A stretch of DNA of 61,963 nucleotides. It comes from Candidatus Methylomirabilia bacterium (GTDB lineage Bacteria > Methylomirabilota > Methylomirabilia > Rokubacteriales > CSP1-6). The translations under genes and the position numbers were made by a program. The notes beneath the pieces are model-generated. The model was not told where the DNA came from. It saw only the letters and a list, made by a program, of their open reading frames with translations, and did no database searches. Positions 19,152-28,412 of the stretch are shown in pieces (within the stretch, counting starts at the first letter, position 1; the number at the start of each line of letters is the position of its first letter). The stretch lies in the NCBI GenBank assembly GCA_041497895.1, contig JBGQHJ010000009.1:1-61963 (forward strand), written 5' to 3'.

Positions 19152-20233
19152 GCCCGCCAGGGCTCGACGAGGATCTTGGCGTGCTGCTCGGGGGAGGCGA
19201 GGGCCTCGAACGCGCCGGCCACGCCCTCGACGCCGACCCGGCCGGTGATGAGCGGCGCGACCGCGATGGCGCCGTCCGCGATGTGGCCGAGGGTCGCCGC
19301 GAACTCCTCCGGGGTGTAGCCCAGCACGAACTGGAGGTTGAGCTCCTTGCTGATGCCGAGCATCGGGTAGATCGTGTCCGCCTCCATGCACACGCCGACC
19401 ACGACGATGCGGGTGCCCTTGGGAGCGGCGGCCATGATCTGGTCGAGCACGCCGGGCACGCCCACGCACTCGAAGACCACCGCGGGCCGGAGCGGCGGGC
19501 CCGGGATCCACGGGGGCAGCGCGGGCGCCCGGCTCGCGTCGCGCCACACCGCCGCCTCGCGCCAGCTCTGCCACGGGGTGACCCGCGCGGGGTCCACCAC
19601 CAGGTCGGCGCCCAGGGTGACGGCCAGCTCCCGGCGGCGCGCCGAGAAATCGGCCGCCACGATGGGGCGCGCGCCGGTCAGGCGGAGCGCCGCGATCACC
19701 GCGAGGCCCAGCGGCCCGCAGCCGATCACGAGCGGGGCGTCGTCGGGCTCGAGCCGGGCCTTGGCGACCGCGTGGACGCCCACCGCCATCGGCTCGGTGA
19801 GCGCCGCGTCCTCGGTGGGGAGCCCGGCCGGCACCGGCAACAGGAGCGCCTCGGTGAGGCGCATGTACTCGGCGTAGCCGCCGGGGGTGTCGTTGGAGTA
19901 GCCCACGGTGCGGGGCCCGTCGGGACGGACGAGCCCCGGACGCGAGCAGACCCGGGTGCCCGCCGGGAGCGTCCTCTGCGTGCCCGGCCCGTGCTCGACG
20001 ATCTCGGCGCAGAACTCGTGGCCCATGACCACGTCGCGCGAGAGATCCATGGTGAACACGCTGCCCGCGCGGCGGGCGGCGGCGACGAACTGCTCGGCGT
20101 GCTTGAGCGCGTTGAGATCGGAGCCGCAGATGCCGCAGGCGAGCGTCTTGACCAGCACCTCGCCCGGCCCGGGCTCGGGCACGGGCAGGTCGGCCACCAC
20201 CAGTCGACGGTTCCGCATCACGGCGGCGCGCAT
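19148..20233 (-). CDS. Zinc-binding alcohol dehydrogenase (MDR family)
   Basis: 'CGICGSD', 'GHEF', 'GCGPLG' and 'FECVG'. Confidence 0.9.
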   Translation of the reverse strand: MRAAVMRNRRLVVADLPVPEPGPGEVLVKTLACGICGSDLNALKHAEQFVAAARRAGSVFTMDLSRDVVMGHEFCAEIVEHGPGTQRTLPAGTRVCSRPGLVRPDGPRTVGYSNDTPGGYAEYMRLTEALLLPVPAGLPTEDAALTEPMAVGVHAVAKARLEPDDAPLVIGCGPLGLAVIAALRLTGARPIVAADFSARRRELAVTLGADLVVDPARVTPWQSWREAAVWRDASRAPALPPWIPGPPLRPAVVFECVGVPGVLDQIMAAAPKGTRIVVVGVCMEADTIYPMLGISKELNLQFVLGYTPEEFAATLGHIADGAIAVAPLITGRVGVEGVAGAFEALASPEQHAKILVEPWRA

Positions 20234-20305
20234 GGGCGCGATGCTACCCCGTCTCGCGCCGACCGTCGAGAGGTGCGCTATCCTCGGGCCGGAGGTCATC
20301 GGTCC

Positions 20306-21310
20306 ATGACTGGATCGGCGGTGCGTCTCGCGGCGGTGGTGATGGCGCTCGTGCTGGCGGCGGCCGGCGGCGCCCGCGCCCAGGTGGTCACCTGGGGCAT
20401 GGCGAACGAGTACCCGGCCAGCTCGATCCAGGGCGAGGCGGACGCGCGGTTCGGCCGCGAGGTCACCGCGCGCTCCGGCGGGCGCATCGAGATCGCGCAC
20501 CAGTACGACGCCTCGAGCGGCTTCCGCTCGAAGGACATGGTGGACGCGATCGGACGCGGCGATCTCCGGATCGGCAACACTTACATGGGCGCGCTGGGCG
20601 GACTCGACCCGATCTTCCTGCTCCCGTCGCTGCCGTTCCTGGCCACCACGCCGGAGCAGGGCCACGCGCTGGCCGCGGTGGCGCGGCCGGCCTACGAGCG
20701 TGCCCTCGCGCGCTACAACCAGGTCCTGCTCTTCCAGTCGCCCTGGCCCGCGGCCGGGATCTGGGCCAACCGACCGGTGGACTCGACGGACGCGCTCCGG
20801 GGCCTGCGCGTCCGCACCGCCGACGCCAACGGCGTGCTCGCGTTCCGCGCCGCGGGCGCGGTGCCGGTCGTGGTGTCCTTCACGGACGCGCTGCCCCAGC
20901 TCCGGTCGGGCCAGCTGGACGCGGTCCTCTCCTCGGGCGACGGCGGAGCGGGCCGGCGGCTCATGGAGACGCTGCGCCACTTCACCGCCATCGAGTACGC
21001 GGTGACCATGAGCATGGTGACGATCAACCGCGAGGCCTGGCGCGCGCTCGAGCCCTCCCTGCAGGAGGCGGTGCGGGAGGCGGCCGTCGCGACCGAGGCT
21101 CGGCAGTGGGAGGTGATGAAGACCCGCGTCGCGGCGAACTACGCGCAGATGCGCGCGGCCGGCGTCACCCTCACCACCGAGCTCTCGCCCGAGTGCCGCC
21201 AGGCGCTCCGCGCGGCGGGGCAGGTCGCGGTGGACGACTGGCTACGCCAGATGGGGCCGGCGGGCGCGCAGATCCTCGACGCGTACCGCGCGCGGCTCGC
21301 CGGCCGCTGA
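20306..21310 (+). CDS. Orphan TRAP solute-binding protein (DctP family)
   Basis: Signal peptide, 'GLRVRT' and 'GQLDAVLSS'; no adjacent dctQM. Confidence 0.85.
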   Translation: MTGSAVRLAAVVMALVLAAAGGARAQVVTWGMANEYPASSIQGEADARFGREVTARSGGRIEIAHQYDASSGFRSKDMVDAIGRGDLRIGNTYMGALGGLDPIFLLPSLPFLATTPEQGHALAAVARPAYERALARYNQVLLFQSPWPAAGIWANRPVDSTDALRGLRVRTADANGVLAFRAAGAVPVVVSFTDALPQLRSGQLDAVLSSGDGGAGRRLMETLRHFTAIEYAVTMSMVTINREAWRALEPSLQEAVREAAVATEARQWEVMKTRVAANYAQMRAAGVTLTTELSPECRQALRAAGQVAVDDWLRQMGPAGAQILDAYRARLAGR

Positions 21311-21788
21311 TCTCCGCTCCGCCGACCTCGACGACCAGCTCCACCTCGACCGAGACGTTCGAGGGCAGGGAGGACAGGCCGATCACGGAGCGCGCGTGGC
21401 GGCCCGCCTCCCCGAAGAGCCGCTGGAGCAGGTCCGAGGCCCCGTTGATGACGGTGGGATGCGCGGCGAACTCCGGCCCCACGTTCACGAAGCCGACGAC
21501 CTTGACCACGCGCTTCACCCGATCGAGCGAGCCCACCGCCTGCTTCACGCAGGCCAGGCAGTTCAGCATCGCGTCGCGGGCCGAGCGGTAGGCGTCGGCC
21601 TCGCTCACCTCCTGGCCGACCACGCCCACGTAGCGGCGCACCCCGTTGATGCGCGCGGTCTGCCCCGAGGTGAACACCAGGCGGCCCACCCGCGCGGCGG
21701 GCAGGTAGTTGCCCACCGGCACCGGGGCCTGCGGCAGCTCGAGCCCGAGCTCGGCGAGACGTCTCTCGACGCGGGCGGCGGCGGCCAT
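21171..21788 (-). CDS. RidA/YjgF family protein with a C-terminal run-on
   Basis: 'PVGNY', 'VFTSGQ', 'INGASDL', 'HARS' and 'LPSNVSVEVE'. The reading frame continues 140 nt into the convergent dctP gene. Confidence 0.85.
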   Translation of the reverse strand: MAAAARVERRLAELGLELPQAPVPVGNYLPAARVGRLVFTSGQTARINGVRRYVGVVGQEVSEADAYRSARDAMLNCLACVKQAVGSLDRVKRVVKVVGFVNVGPEFAAHPTVINGASDLLQRLFGEAGRHARSVIGLSSLPSNVSVEVELVVEVGGAEISGRRAARGTRRGSARPPAPSGVASRPPRPAPPRGAPGGTRARARW

Positions 21789-23023
21789 CAGCCGATCCGC
21801 TCGGCTTCGGCCAGCATCGCCTCGAAGCCGGAGACGACCTGCGACGGGATCTCGACCAGGTCCAGGATGCGGTCGAAGTCCTTGAACCCGGAGCCGGTCA
21901 GCACGCAGACCACCGACTCGCCCCGGTCGATGGAGCCGTCCGCGACGCCGCGGCGCACCGCGGCCACCGTGACCGCGCCGCTCGGCTCGATCATGAGGCC
22001 GTCCTGCGCGAGGAGGCGCACCGCGTCCACGATCTCGACGTCGTCGACCGCGATCGCGCCGCCGCCGGAGGCGCGCACCGCCTGGAGGGTCTGGTCACCC
22101 AGCAGGCCGGGGTCGGCCGCGGCCACCGCGCTCGCGATGGTGGGGCGCCTGTCCACCGCCTCCACCCGCGGCAGGCCTCGCTGCCACGACGCGACGATCG
22201 GCGCGCACGCGGCGGCCTGGACCGCGGTCATCCTCGGGAGCCGGTAGATCCACCCGAGGCTCCGCAGCTCGTTGAAGCCCTTCCACGTCTTCACGAGCGA
22301 CATGCCCCCCGCGCACGGATGCAGCACGCGGTCGGGCACGCGCCAGCCGAGATCCTGGGCGATCTCGTAGGCGTAGGTCTTCTTGCCCTCGTAGCGGAAC
22401 GGGTTGTCGGTGCCGCAGTCGTACCACTTCACCCGGCCGCTCGCGATGAGCCGCCGGTACATCGCGTTGATCTGCGAGTAGTGGCCGTCCACGCGGATGA
22501 GGCGGGCCCCGAAGAACACCGCCTGCGCCATCTTGGGGACCGGGGTGTCCTTCGGGCAGAACACCACGCTCCCGAGCCCGGCGCGCGCGGCGTAGGCCGC
22601 GGTGGACGAGGCCTTGTTGCCGGTGGAGTCGCACGCGAGCACCCCGTAGCCGAACTCCACCGCCTTGGTCGCGGAGACCGTGATGGACCGGTCCTTGAGC
22701 GAGCCGGTGGGATTGGCCGCGTCGGACTTGAGCCAGAGCTCGCGCACCCCGCAGGCCCGGGCGAGGCGCTCGGAGCGGAGGAACGGGGTGCCGCCCTCGC
22801 CCAGCGTGACGATCCGGGTCGGGTCGAGGACGGGGAGCAGCTCCGTCCAGCGCCAGACCCCGGCGGGCCGGCGCGAGAGCGCGTCGCGGTCCATCTCGCG
22901 CCCGAAGCGGGCCAGATCGTAGCGCGCCTCCAGCAGCTGCCGGCACGCCGGGCACAGCAGCAGGTCCTGGCCGGGCGAATACGCGGCGCGGCAACCGAGG
23001 CAATCGAAGCCGGTGAAGTACAT
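21788..23023 (-). CDS. Threonine synthase-like PLP enzyme (fold type II)
   Basis: N-terminal CxxC..CxxC, 'LGEGGTP', 'NPTGSLKDR', 'STGN', 'EGKKT' and 'TGSGFKD'. Confidence 0.8.
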   Translation of the reverse strand: MYFTGFDCLGCRAAYSPGQDLLLCPACRQLLEARYDLARFGREMDRDALSRRPAGVWRWTELLPVLDPTRIVTLGEGGTPFLRSERLARACGVRELWLKSDAANPTGSLKDRSITVSATKAVEFGYGVLACDSTGNKASSTAAYAARAGLGSVVFCPKDTPVPKMAQAVFFGARLIRVDGHYSQINAMYRRLIASGRVKWYDCGTDNPFRYEGKKTYAYEIAQDLGWRVPDRVLHPCAGGMSLVKTWKGFNELRSLGWIYRLPRMTAVQAAACAPIVASWQRGLPRVEAVDRRPTIASAVAAADPGLLGDQTLQAVRASGGGAIAVDDVEIVDAVRLLAQDGLMIEPSGAVTVAAVRRGVADGSIDRGESVVCVLTGSGFKDFDRILDLVEIPSQVVSGFEAMLAEAERIG

Positions 23024-23043
23024 CGGGCGTCCTCTCCCGGGCG

Positions 23044-23053
23044 ATAGTATGCT
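23044..23053. promoter_or_regulatory. Overlapping divergent -10 boxes (TACTAT on minus, TATGCT on plus)
   Basis: Lies in a 36-bp divergent gap; the plus box is 6 nt before ATG 23060. Confidence 0.5.
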
Positions 23054-23059
23054 CCCGGC

Positions 23060-24532
23060 ATGGCCCGCCTCAAGCTCGTCCTCGCGATGATGATGCACGA
23101 GACCAACACCTTCTCCCCGGTGCCGACCCCGCTCGCGTCCTTCCGTCCCCTGCAGGGCGAGGCGGCGATCGCGGAGTTCAAGGACACCAACACCCAGCTC
23201 GGCGGCTTCCTCGACGTGGCCCGGCGGGCCGGGGCGGAGATCGTGCTGCCGGTGGCGGGGGGCGCGCACCCCTCGGGCTACGTGGAGAAGGCGGCCTACG
23301 AGGACATGGCGGAAGCCATCGTGGGCGCGGTGCGGGGCGGGTGCGACGCGGTCTTCCTCGCGCTGCACGGGGCGATGGTGGCCGAGCACGTGGACGACGG
23401 CGAGGGCGAGCTGCTGCGGCGCATCCGCGCGGTCGCGCCGCGCGTGCCGATCGCGGTGGGGCTCGACTTCCACTCCCACATGACCGCCGCGATGGTGGAC
23501 AACGCCACCGTCATCGCGGGCTACTGCACCTACCCGCACGTGGACATGGGCGACACCGGGCAGCGCGCCGGCCGCACCATGCTGCGCGCGCTGCGCGGCG
23601 AGGTCGAGCCGGTCATGGTGTGGGGATCGCTCCCCATGATGACGAGCACCCTGGTCCACGCCCCGTCGCGCCAGCCCATGAAGGACGTGATGGACATGGC
23701 GATGGCCGCCGAGGCCTCGGGCGCGGTGCTCAACGCCTCGGTGTTCGGCGGCTTCCCGCACTCGGACATCCCGCACGTCTCGCTCTCCACCGTGATCGTC
23801 TGCGATCGCCGCACCGACGCGGGGCTCGCGCTCCGCGACCGGCTGCTCGCGATGGCGTGGGAGCGGCGCGAGGAGTTCCTCTACCGGGGCGCGCCGCTGG
23901 CGGGCCAGATCGCGCACGCCCGATCGCTGCGCGAAGGACCCGTCGTTCTCGTAGACCACGGCGACAACACCGCGTCCGGCGGCACCCAGGACGTGATGAG
24001 CGTGATCGAGGAGGTGATGCGCCAGGGGCTCACCGACGTGGTGGCCGGGCCCATCTGCGACCCGGCGGGCGTGCGGCGGCTGGTGGAGGCGGGGACCGCG
24101 GCGGGGGTGACGCTGCCCCTCGGCGGCCGCGTCGACATGCCCCAGATCAACCTGCCGGGTCGGCCGCTGCCGGTGACCGGCAAGGTCACCCGGATCACCG
24201 ACGGGCAGTTCACCGTCACCGGGCCGATGGCCACCGGCACCCGGGTGCGCATGGGCCGCACCGCGGTGCTCGACACCGGGGCCATGCAGATCGTGGTGTC
24301 GGAAGGGCGCAGCGAGCCCTTCGACACCGGCGTCTTCACCCACTGCGGAATCGACCCGCGCCGCAAGAAGTACGTCCTGATCAAGTCACGCCAGCACTTC
24401 CGGGCCGGGTTCGAGCCGATCGCCCGGCACATCGTCCTCTGCGACGGCGACGGCGTGACCAGCTCCGACCTGCGGCTGTTCACCTACCGCAACCGCCGGC
24501 GGCCGCTCTTCCCCTTCGAACGAGATCTGTAA
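23060..24532 (+). CDS. M81 family metallopeptidase (MlrC-like)
   Basis: 'HETNTFS', 'LHGAM', 'DFH', 'YPHVD', 'DNTASG' and 'KSRQHFRA'. Confidence 0.9.
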   Translation: MARLKLVLAMMMHETNTFSPVPTPLASFRPLQGEAAIAEFKDTNTQLGGFLDVARRAGAEIVLPVAGGAHPSGYVEKAAYEDMAEAIVGAVRGGCDAVFLALHGAMVAEHVDDGEGELLRRIRAVAPRVPIAVGLDFHSHMTAAMVDNATVIAGYCTYPHVDMGDTGQRAGRTMLRALRGEVEPVMVWGSLPMMTSTLVHAPSRQPMKDVMDMAMAAEASGAVLNASVFGGFPHSDIPHVSLSTVIVCDRRTDAGLALRDRLLAMAWERREEFLYRGAPLAGQIAHARSLREGPVVLVDHGDNTASGGTQDVMSVIEEVMRQGLTDVVAGPICDPAGVRRLVEAGTAAGVTLPLGGRVDMPQINLPGRPLPVTGKVTRITDGQFTVTGPMATGTRVRMGRTAVLDTGAMQIVVSEGRSEPFDTGVFTHCGIDPRRKKYVLIKSRQHFRAGFEPIARHIVLCDGDGVTSSDLRLFTYRNRRRPLFPFERDL

Positions 24533-24558
24533 GCGCGAGATCTGTCGGGAGGTTCGCC

Positions 24559-25644
24559 ATGGAGTACGGTCTCTTCACGATGCCGTCGCACCCGCCGGAG
24601 CGGAAGCTCTTCGACGGGCACCAGTGGGACCTGCAGCAGCTGCGCTGGGCCGACGAGCTGGGCTTCAGCGAGGCCTGGATCGGCGAGCACCACACCTCGC
24701 CGTGGGAGCCGCATCCCTCGCCCGACCTGCTGGTGGCGCAGGCCCTGCTCCAGACCAAGCGCATGCGCATCGGGCCGGGCGGATTCCTGATGCCGTTCCA
24801 CCACCCGGCCGAGCTGGCCAACCGGGTGGCGATGCTCGACCACCTGGCGCAGGGCCGGCTGAACTTCGGGGTGGCCGCGAGCGGGCTGCCGAGCGACTGG
24901 GCCATGTTCAACGTGGACGGCATGTCGGGACAGAACCGGGAGATGACCCGCGAGTCGCTCGACATCATCCTGCGCCTCTGGAGCGACGAGCCCGAGTTCG
25001 ACTACAAGGGCAAGTTCTGGCACGTGACCAAGACCGGGACCATGTTCGACACCCTCAAGCCGCACATCCTCCCGCTCCAGAGGCCGCACCCGCCCATCGG
25101 GGTCGCCGGGCTCAGCAAGGGCTCGGACACGCTCAAGCTGGCCGGCGAGCGCGGGTTCTGGCCGATGAGCCTGAACCTCAACCCGAGCTACGTGGGCAGC
25201 CACTGGGAGGCGGTGGAGCAGGGGGCGGAGCGGGGCAAGCGCACCGCCAGGAGAGCCGACTGGCGAATGGTCCGCGAGGTCTTCGTGGCCGACACCGACG
25301 CGGAGGCGATGCGGCTCTCGGTGGGCGGCATGATGGGCCGCATGATGACCGAGTACTTCCTGCCGCTCCTGGGCGCCTTCGCCTTCACCGAGTACCTGAA
25401 GCACGACCCGAGCGTGCCCGACTCGGACGTGACGCCCGAGTACTGCGCGAAGCACAACTGGCTGGTGGGGTCGCCCGCGACGGTGTCGCAGAAGCTCCAC
25501 GATATCTACGAGGAGGTCGGCGGCTTCGGCACGCTCCTGCTGTTCTGCTTCGACTACAGCGAGAACCCGAATGCCTGGCGGCACTCGATGGAGCTGCTCG
25601 CCAAGGAGGTCATGCCCCGCTTCAAGGGCATGGTGCCCAAGTAA
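24559..25644 (+). CDS. Luciferase-like (LLM class) flavin-dependent monooxygenase
   Basis: 'EAWIGEHH', 'FHHPAELA' and 'LDHLAQGRLNFG'; GGAGG RBS. Confidence 0.9.
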   Translation: MEYGLFTMPSHPPERKLFDGHQWDLQQLRWADELGFSEAWIGEHHTSPWEPHPSPDLLVAQALLQTKRMRIGPGGFLMPFHHPAELANRVAMLDHLAQGRLNFGVAASGLPSDWAMFNVDGMSGQNREMTRESLDIILRLWSDEPEFDYKGKFWHVTKTGTMFDTLKPHILPLQRPHPPIGVAGLSKGSDTLKLAGERGFWPMSLNLNPSYVGSHWEAVEQGAERGKRTARRADWRMVREVFVADTDAEAMRLSVGGMMGRMMTEYFLPLLGAFAFTEYLKHDPSVPDSDVTPEYCAKHNWLVGSPATVSQKLHDIYEEVGGFGTLLLFCFDYSENPNAWRHSMELLAKEVMPRFKGMVPK

Positions 25645-25647
25645 CCG

Positions 25648-26766
25648 GTGGACCAGGGCACGCTGCGGCCGACGGTCGTCGAGATCAGCCTGGCCCGACT
25701 CGCGGACAACCTTCGCGCGATCGAGGCCGCGGTGGCTCCCGCGGTGGCGATGCCCATCGTCAAGGCCAACGCCTACGGGCATGGGCTCGTGCCCGTGGCC
25801 CGACATCTGGCTTCGCTGGGGGCGAAGTCGCTCGGGGTGGCCTTTCTCGAAGAGGCGGTGGCGCTGCGCGAGGCCGGGCTCACGCTGCCCGTCCTGGTCA
25901 TGGGCGGCATCTTCGGCGACCAGATCCCGATCTTCCTGCGCCACGGCCTCACCCTGACCGCGTCGTCGATCGACAAGCTCACGCAGATCGACGAGATCGC
26001 GGGGCAGATGGGGGTCGGCGCCCGCGTGCATCTCAAGATCGACACCGGGATGGAGCGGATCGGGGTGCACTACTACAGCGCGCGCGGCCTGCTCGAGCGG
26101 GCGGCCGAGTGCCGCCACGCCGTGGTGGAGGGTATCTACTCCCACTTCGCCAACTCGGACGCGGCCGACCTCACCTCCGCGCGCCGGCAGCTCGCGCGCT
26201 TCCTGGAGGTGCTCGAGTGGTACGACCGGCAGGGCGTCAAGCCACCCGTCCGGCACATGGCCAACTCGGGGGCGGTGCTCCAGCTGCGCGAGAGCCATCT
26301 CGACATGGTGCGGCCCGGCATCCTGCTGTACGGGGTCTATCCCTCCGACGAGGTGCGCAGGACCATCGCGGTGCAGCCGGCGCTGTCGCTGCGCTCGCGG
26401 GTGGTCTACTTCAAGGTGGTGCAGCCCGGCCACCCGGTGAGCTACGGGTCCACCTGGGAGACCGATCACCCGGTGCGGGTGGTCACGGTGCCGGTGGGCT
26501 ACGGCGACGGCTACTTCCGCGCGCTCTCCAACGTGGCCCACGTGCTGATCCGCGGCAAGAGGTACCCGGTGGTGGGCCGCGTGTGCATGGACCAGATCAT
26601 GGTCAACATCGAATGGGATAGCGCCTTCAATGGCGACGTCGTGACCCTGCTCGGCGGCGACGGCGACGAGCTCATCACCTGCGAGGACATCGCCGACTGG
26701 GCCGGCACCATCCCCTACGAGGTCCTCACCAACCTCAACACCCGCATCCCCCGCACCTACGTCTGA
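25648..26766 (+). CDS. alr: Alanine racemase
   Basis: 'VKANAYGHG' PLP motif, 'KIDTGMERIG', 'HMANSG', 'VSYG' and 'GRVCMDQ'. Confidence 0.93.
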   Translation: MDQGTLRPTVVEISLARLADNLRAIEAAVAPAVAMPIVKANAYGHGLVPVARHLASLGAKSLGVAFLEEAVALREAGLTLPVLVMGGIFGDQIPIFLRHGLTLTASSIDKLTQIDEIAGQMGVGARVHLKIDTGMERIGVHYYSARGLLERAAECRHAVVEGIYSHFANSDAADLTSARRQLARFLEVLEWYDRQGVKPPVRHMANSGAVLQLRESHLDMVRPGILLYGVYPSDEVRRTIAVQPALSLRSRVVYFKVVQPGHPVSYGSTWETDHPVRVVTVPVGYGDGYFRALSNVAHVLIRGKRYPVVGRVCMDQIMVNIEWDSAFNGDVVTLLGGDGDELITCEDIADWAGTIPYEVLTNLNTRIPRTYV

Positions 26767-26768
26767 TC

Positions 26769-26853
26769 GGGGTCAGGTCTTACATTCCGACATTTTTTGG
26801 CCTGAGGCCACATCGGGCGCAGGCGAAAATGTCGGAATGTAAGACCTGACCCC
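26769..26853. repeat. REP/MITE-like palindromic element with perfect 28-bp inverted arms
   Basis: GGGGTCAGGTCTTACATTCCGACATTTT (26769-26796) and its exact reverse complement (26826-26853), with a 29-nt spacer, between convergent genes. Confidence 0.9.
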
Positions 26854-26856
26854 AGC

Positions 26857-28320
26857 CTAGGCGGTCCAGCCGTAGAAGCGGTGGCTCGGGGTAGGGCCCT
26901 CGTCGAGGTAGGCCATCTTGATCTGGCTCAGGTAGTCCCCGGGCAGCTCGTTGCGCTTGGCCCGCACGTCCACGCCGAAGAGGCGGGCGGCGTTGAGGCC
27001 GAAGATCTGCTCCTTCACGAGGCGGTTGAGCGGCGGGTAGCCGTGGGCGTCCACCAGGGCCTGCGGGATCTCGAAGCGGCGGAAGGCCTCGATCTGCCAC
27101 TGGGGCGTGCCGTACCAGATCGAGTCGGTGCCCCACAGCACGTGGTCGGCGCCGAAGGCGTCGACGATCTGGCCCATGAGGTGCGCGCACGCGGTGGGGT
27201 TGGTGGTGGCGAGCTGGCCGAAGGTCGACCCGAGCTCCATGTAGATGTTGTGGAGCCCCACCTGCTTCTTCTTCATCCGGCAGAACTCGGTGGTCCACGG
27301 CACGTCCGCCGACTGGGTGCGGGGCACGGTGAGCAGCCCGGCGTGGTAGAGCACGAAGTCGATGTCGGGGAAATCGCGCGCCGCCTTGATGACGTCGCGC
27401 GGGTGGTTGTAGTCCGACACCGGTCCGAGGGGCAGCCCCTTGTGCAGGCACACGCGCTTGATCCCGAGCTTGCGCGCGCGCTCCAGCATCGGGTACGCGA
27501 TCTTCTCGTCGTCCACGAACCACCCGCGGTCGAAGCCCCTGGGCGCGGCGCCGGTGTAGCCCTTCCACGCGTCGACCTGGAGGGTCGCGGCTTGCTGGTC
27601 CATGAAGTCGAGGTCGACCTGGCCGAGCTGCGGGGTGATGAGCCCGTGGGCGAGCATCCGCCGGGACCGGGTCACCCGGTTGATCTCGTCGCGGATGTGC
27701 GTCATCTCTCGAGGGGGGACGACGGCCTCCTGCGGGTACGGGCCCGGCGGCGTGGAGATGAGCCCGATGTCGGTCTCGCTGTCGAGGAACACCTCCTTGA
27801 CCATGTTGGCCCACGCCAGGTCGGCCATGGTCCCGCGGTCGGCGGCCAGCTTCGGGTTCAGACGCTTCGAGCCCTGGCGCAGCCCGAGGAGGGCCTGCTT
27901 GCTCACCGCGCCCCGACGGCCCGTCTCCTCGTCGCGGGGATCGTAACCCGCGCCCACGTAGTGGAGCTGCACGTCGAAGATGAAGTAGGGATCGCCGCTC
28001 CGCTCCTTGAATGCGGCCGGGTCGGCGGCCTCGACCGGCTGCACGTCGAAGAACCGGCCGAAGACCGCGTTCATCGCCAGCAGCGACGTGGCCATGCCGC
28101 CGCTGCCGCGCAGGAGGTCCCGGCGGCTCAGTCCGAGCCGCGGCGCGAGCCGCGCGGCCTCGGCGAGGATCCGGTCCTCGACCCGGCGCTGCGCGGGTGT
28201 CTGGGGGAGGGGCGGGAACTCCTCGTTCGACACGAGGCGCGTCGGCAGCGGCGTCTCGGCCCGGAGGCCGCGGCGCATGCCGGGACGGAGTCGGAACGCG
28301 TAGCGATTGCCGGTCGTCAT
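26857..28320 (-). CDS. Amidohydrolase_2 family metal-dependent hydrolase
   Basis: 'FDVQLH', 'CLHKG', 'VLYHAG' and 'VLWGTD'; internal RR motif 'SRRDLL'. Confidence 0.85.
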   Translation of the reverse strand: MTTGNRYAFRLRPGMRRGLRAETPLPTRLVSNEEFPPLPQTPAQRRVEDRILAEAARLAPRLGLSRRDLLRGSGGMATSLLAMNAVFGRFFDVQPVEAADPAAFKERSGDPYFIFDVQLHYVGAGYDPRDEETGRRGAVSKQALLGLRQGSKRLNPKLAADRGTMADLAWANMVKEVFLDSETDIGLISTPPGPYPQEAVVPPREMTHIRDEINRVTRSRRMLAHGLITPQLGQVDLDFMDQQAATLQVDAWKGYTGAAPRGFDRGWFVDDEKIAYPMLERARKLGIKRVCLHKGLPLGPVSDYNHPRDVIKAARDFPDIDFVLYHAGLLTVPRTQSADVPWTTEFCRMKKKQVGLHNIYMELGSTFGQLATTNPTACAHLMGQIVDAFGADHVLWGTDSIWYGTPQWQIEAFRRFEIPQALVDAHGYPPLNRLVKEQIFGLNAARLFGVDVRAKRNELPGDYLSQIKMAYLDEGPTPSHRFYGWTA

Positions 28321-28342
28321 GATCGTCGCCTCCCGCTCACCG

Positions 28343-28370
28343 AGTCTAGACCCGGAGGTGGCCTTGTCAA
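28343..28370 (-). promoter_or_regulatory. Sigma70-type promoter TTGACA-N16-TAGACT
   Basis: Consensus -35 at 28365-28370 and -10 at 28343-28348, followed by GGGAGG and ATG 28320. Confidence 0.65.
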
Positions 28371-28412
28371 TCCGGGCTCGGGGCGGGTACTGTGCGATCG
28401 AGGAGGAGCGCC

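Noticed and set aside
23060..24532. Microcystin degradation (mlr) cluster
   Set aside because: Only an M81/MlrC-family gene is present, without mlrA, mlrB or mlrD, and the family is broadly distributed.
26769..26853. CRISPR repeat or autonomous IS
   Set aside because: There are only two arms, in inverted orientation, with no array, cas gene or transposase.
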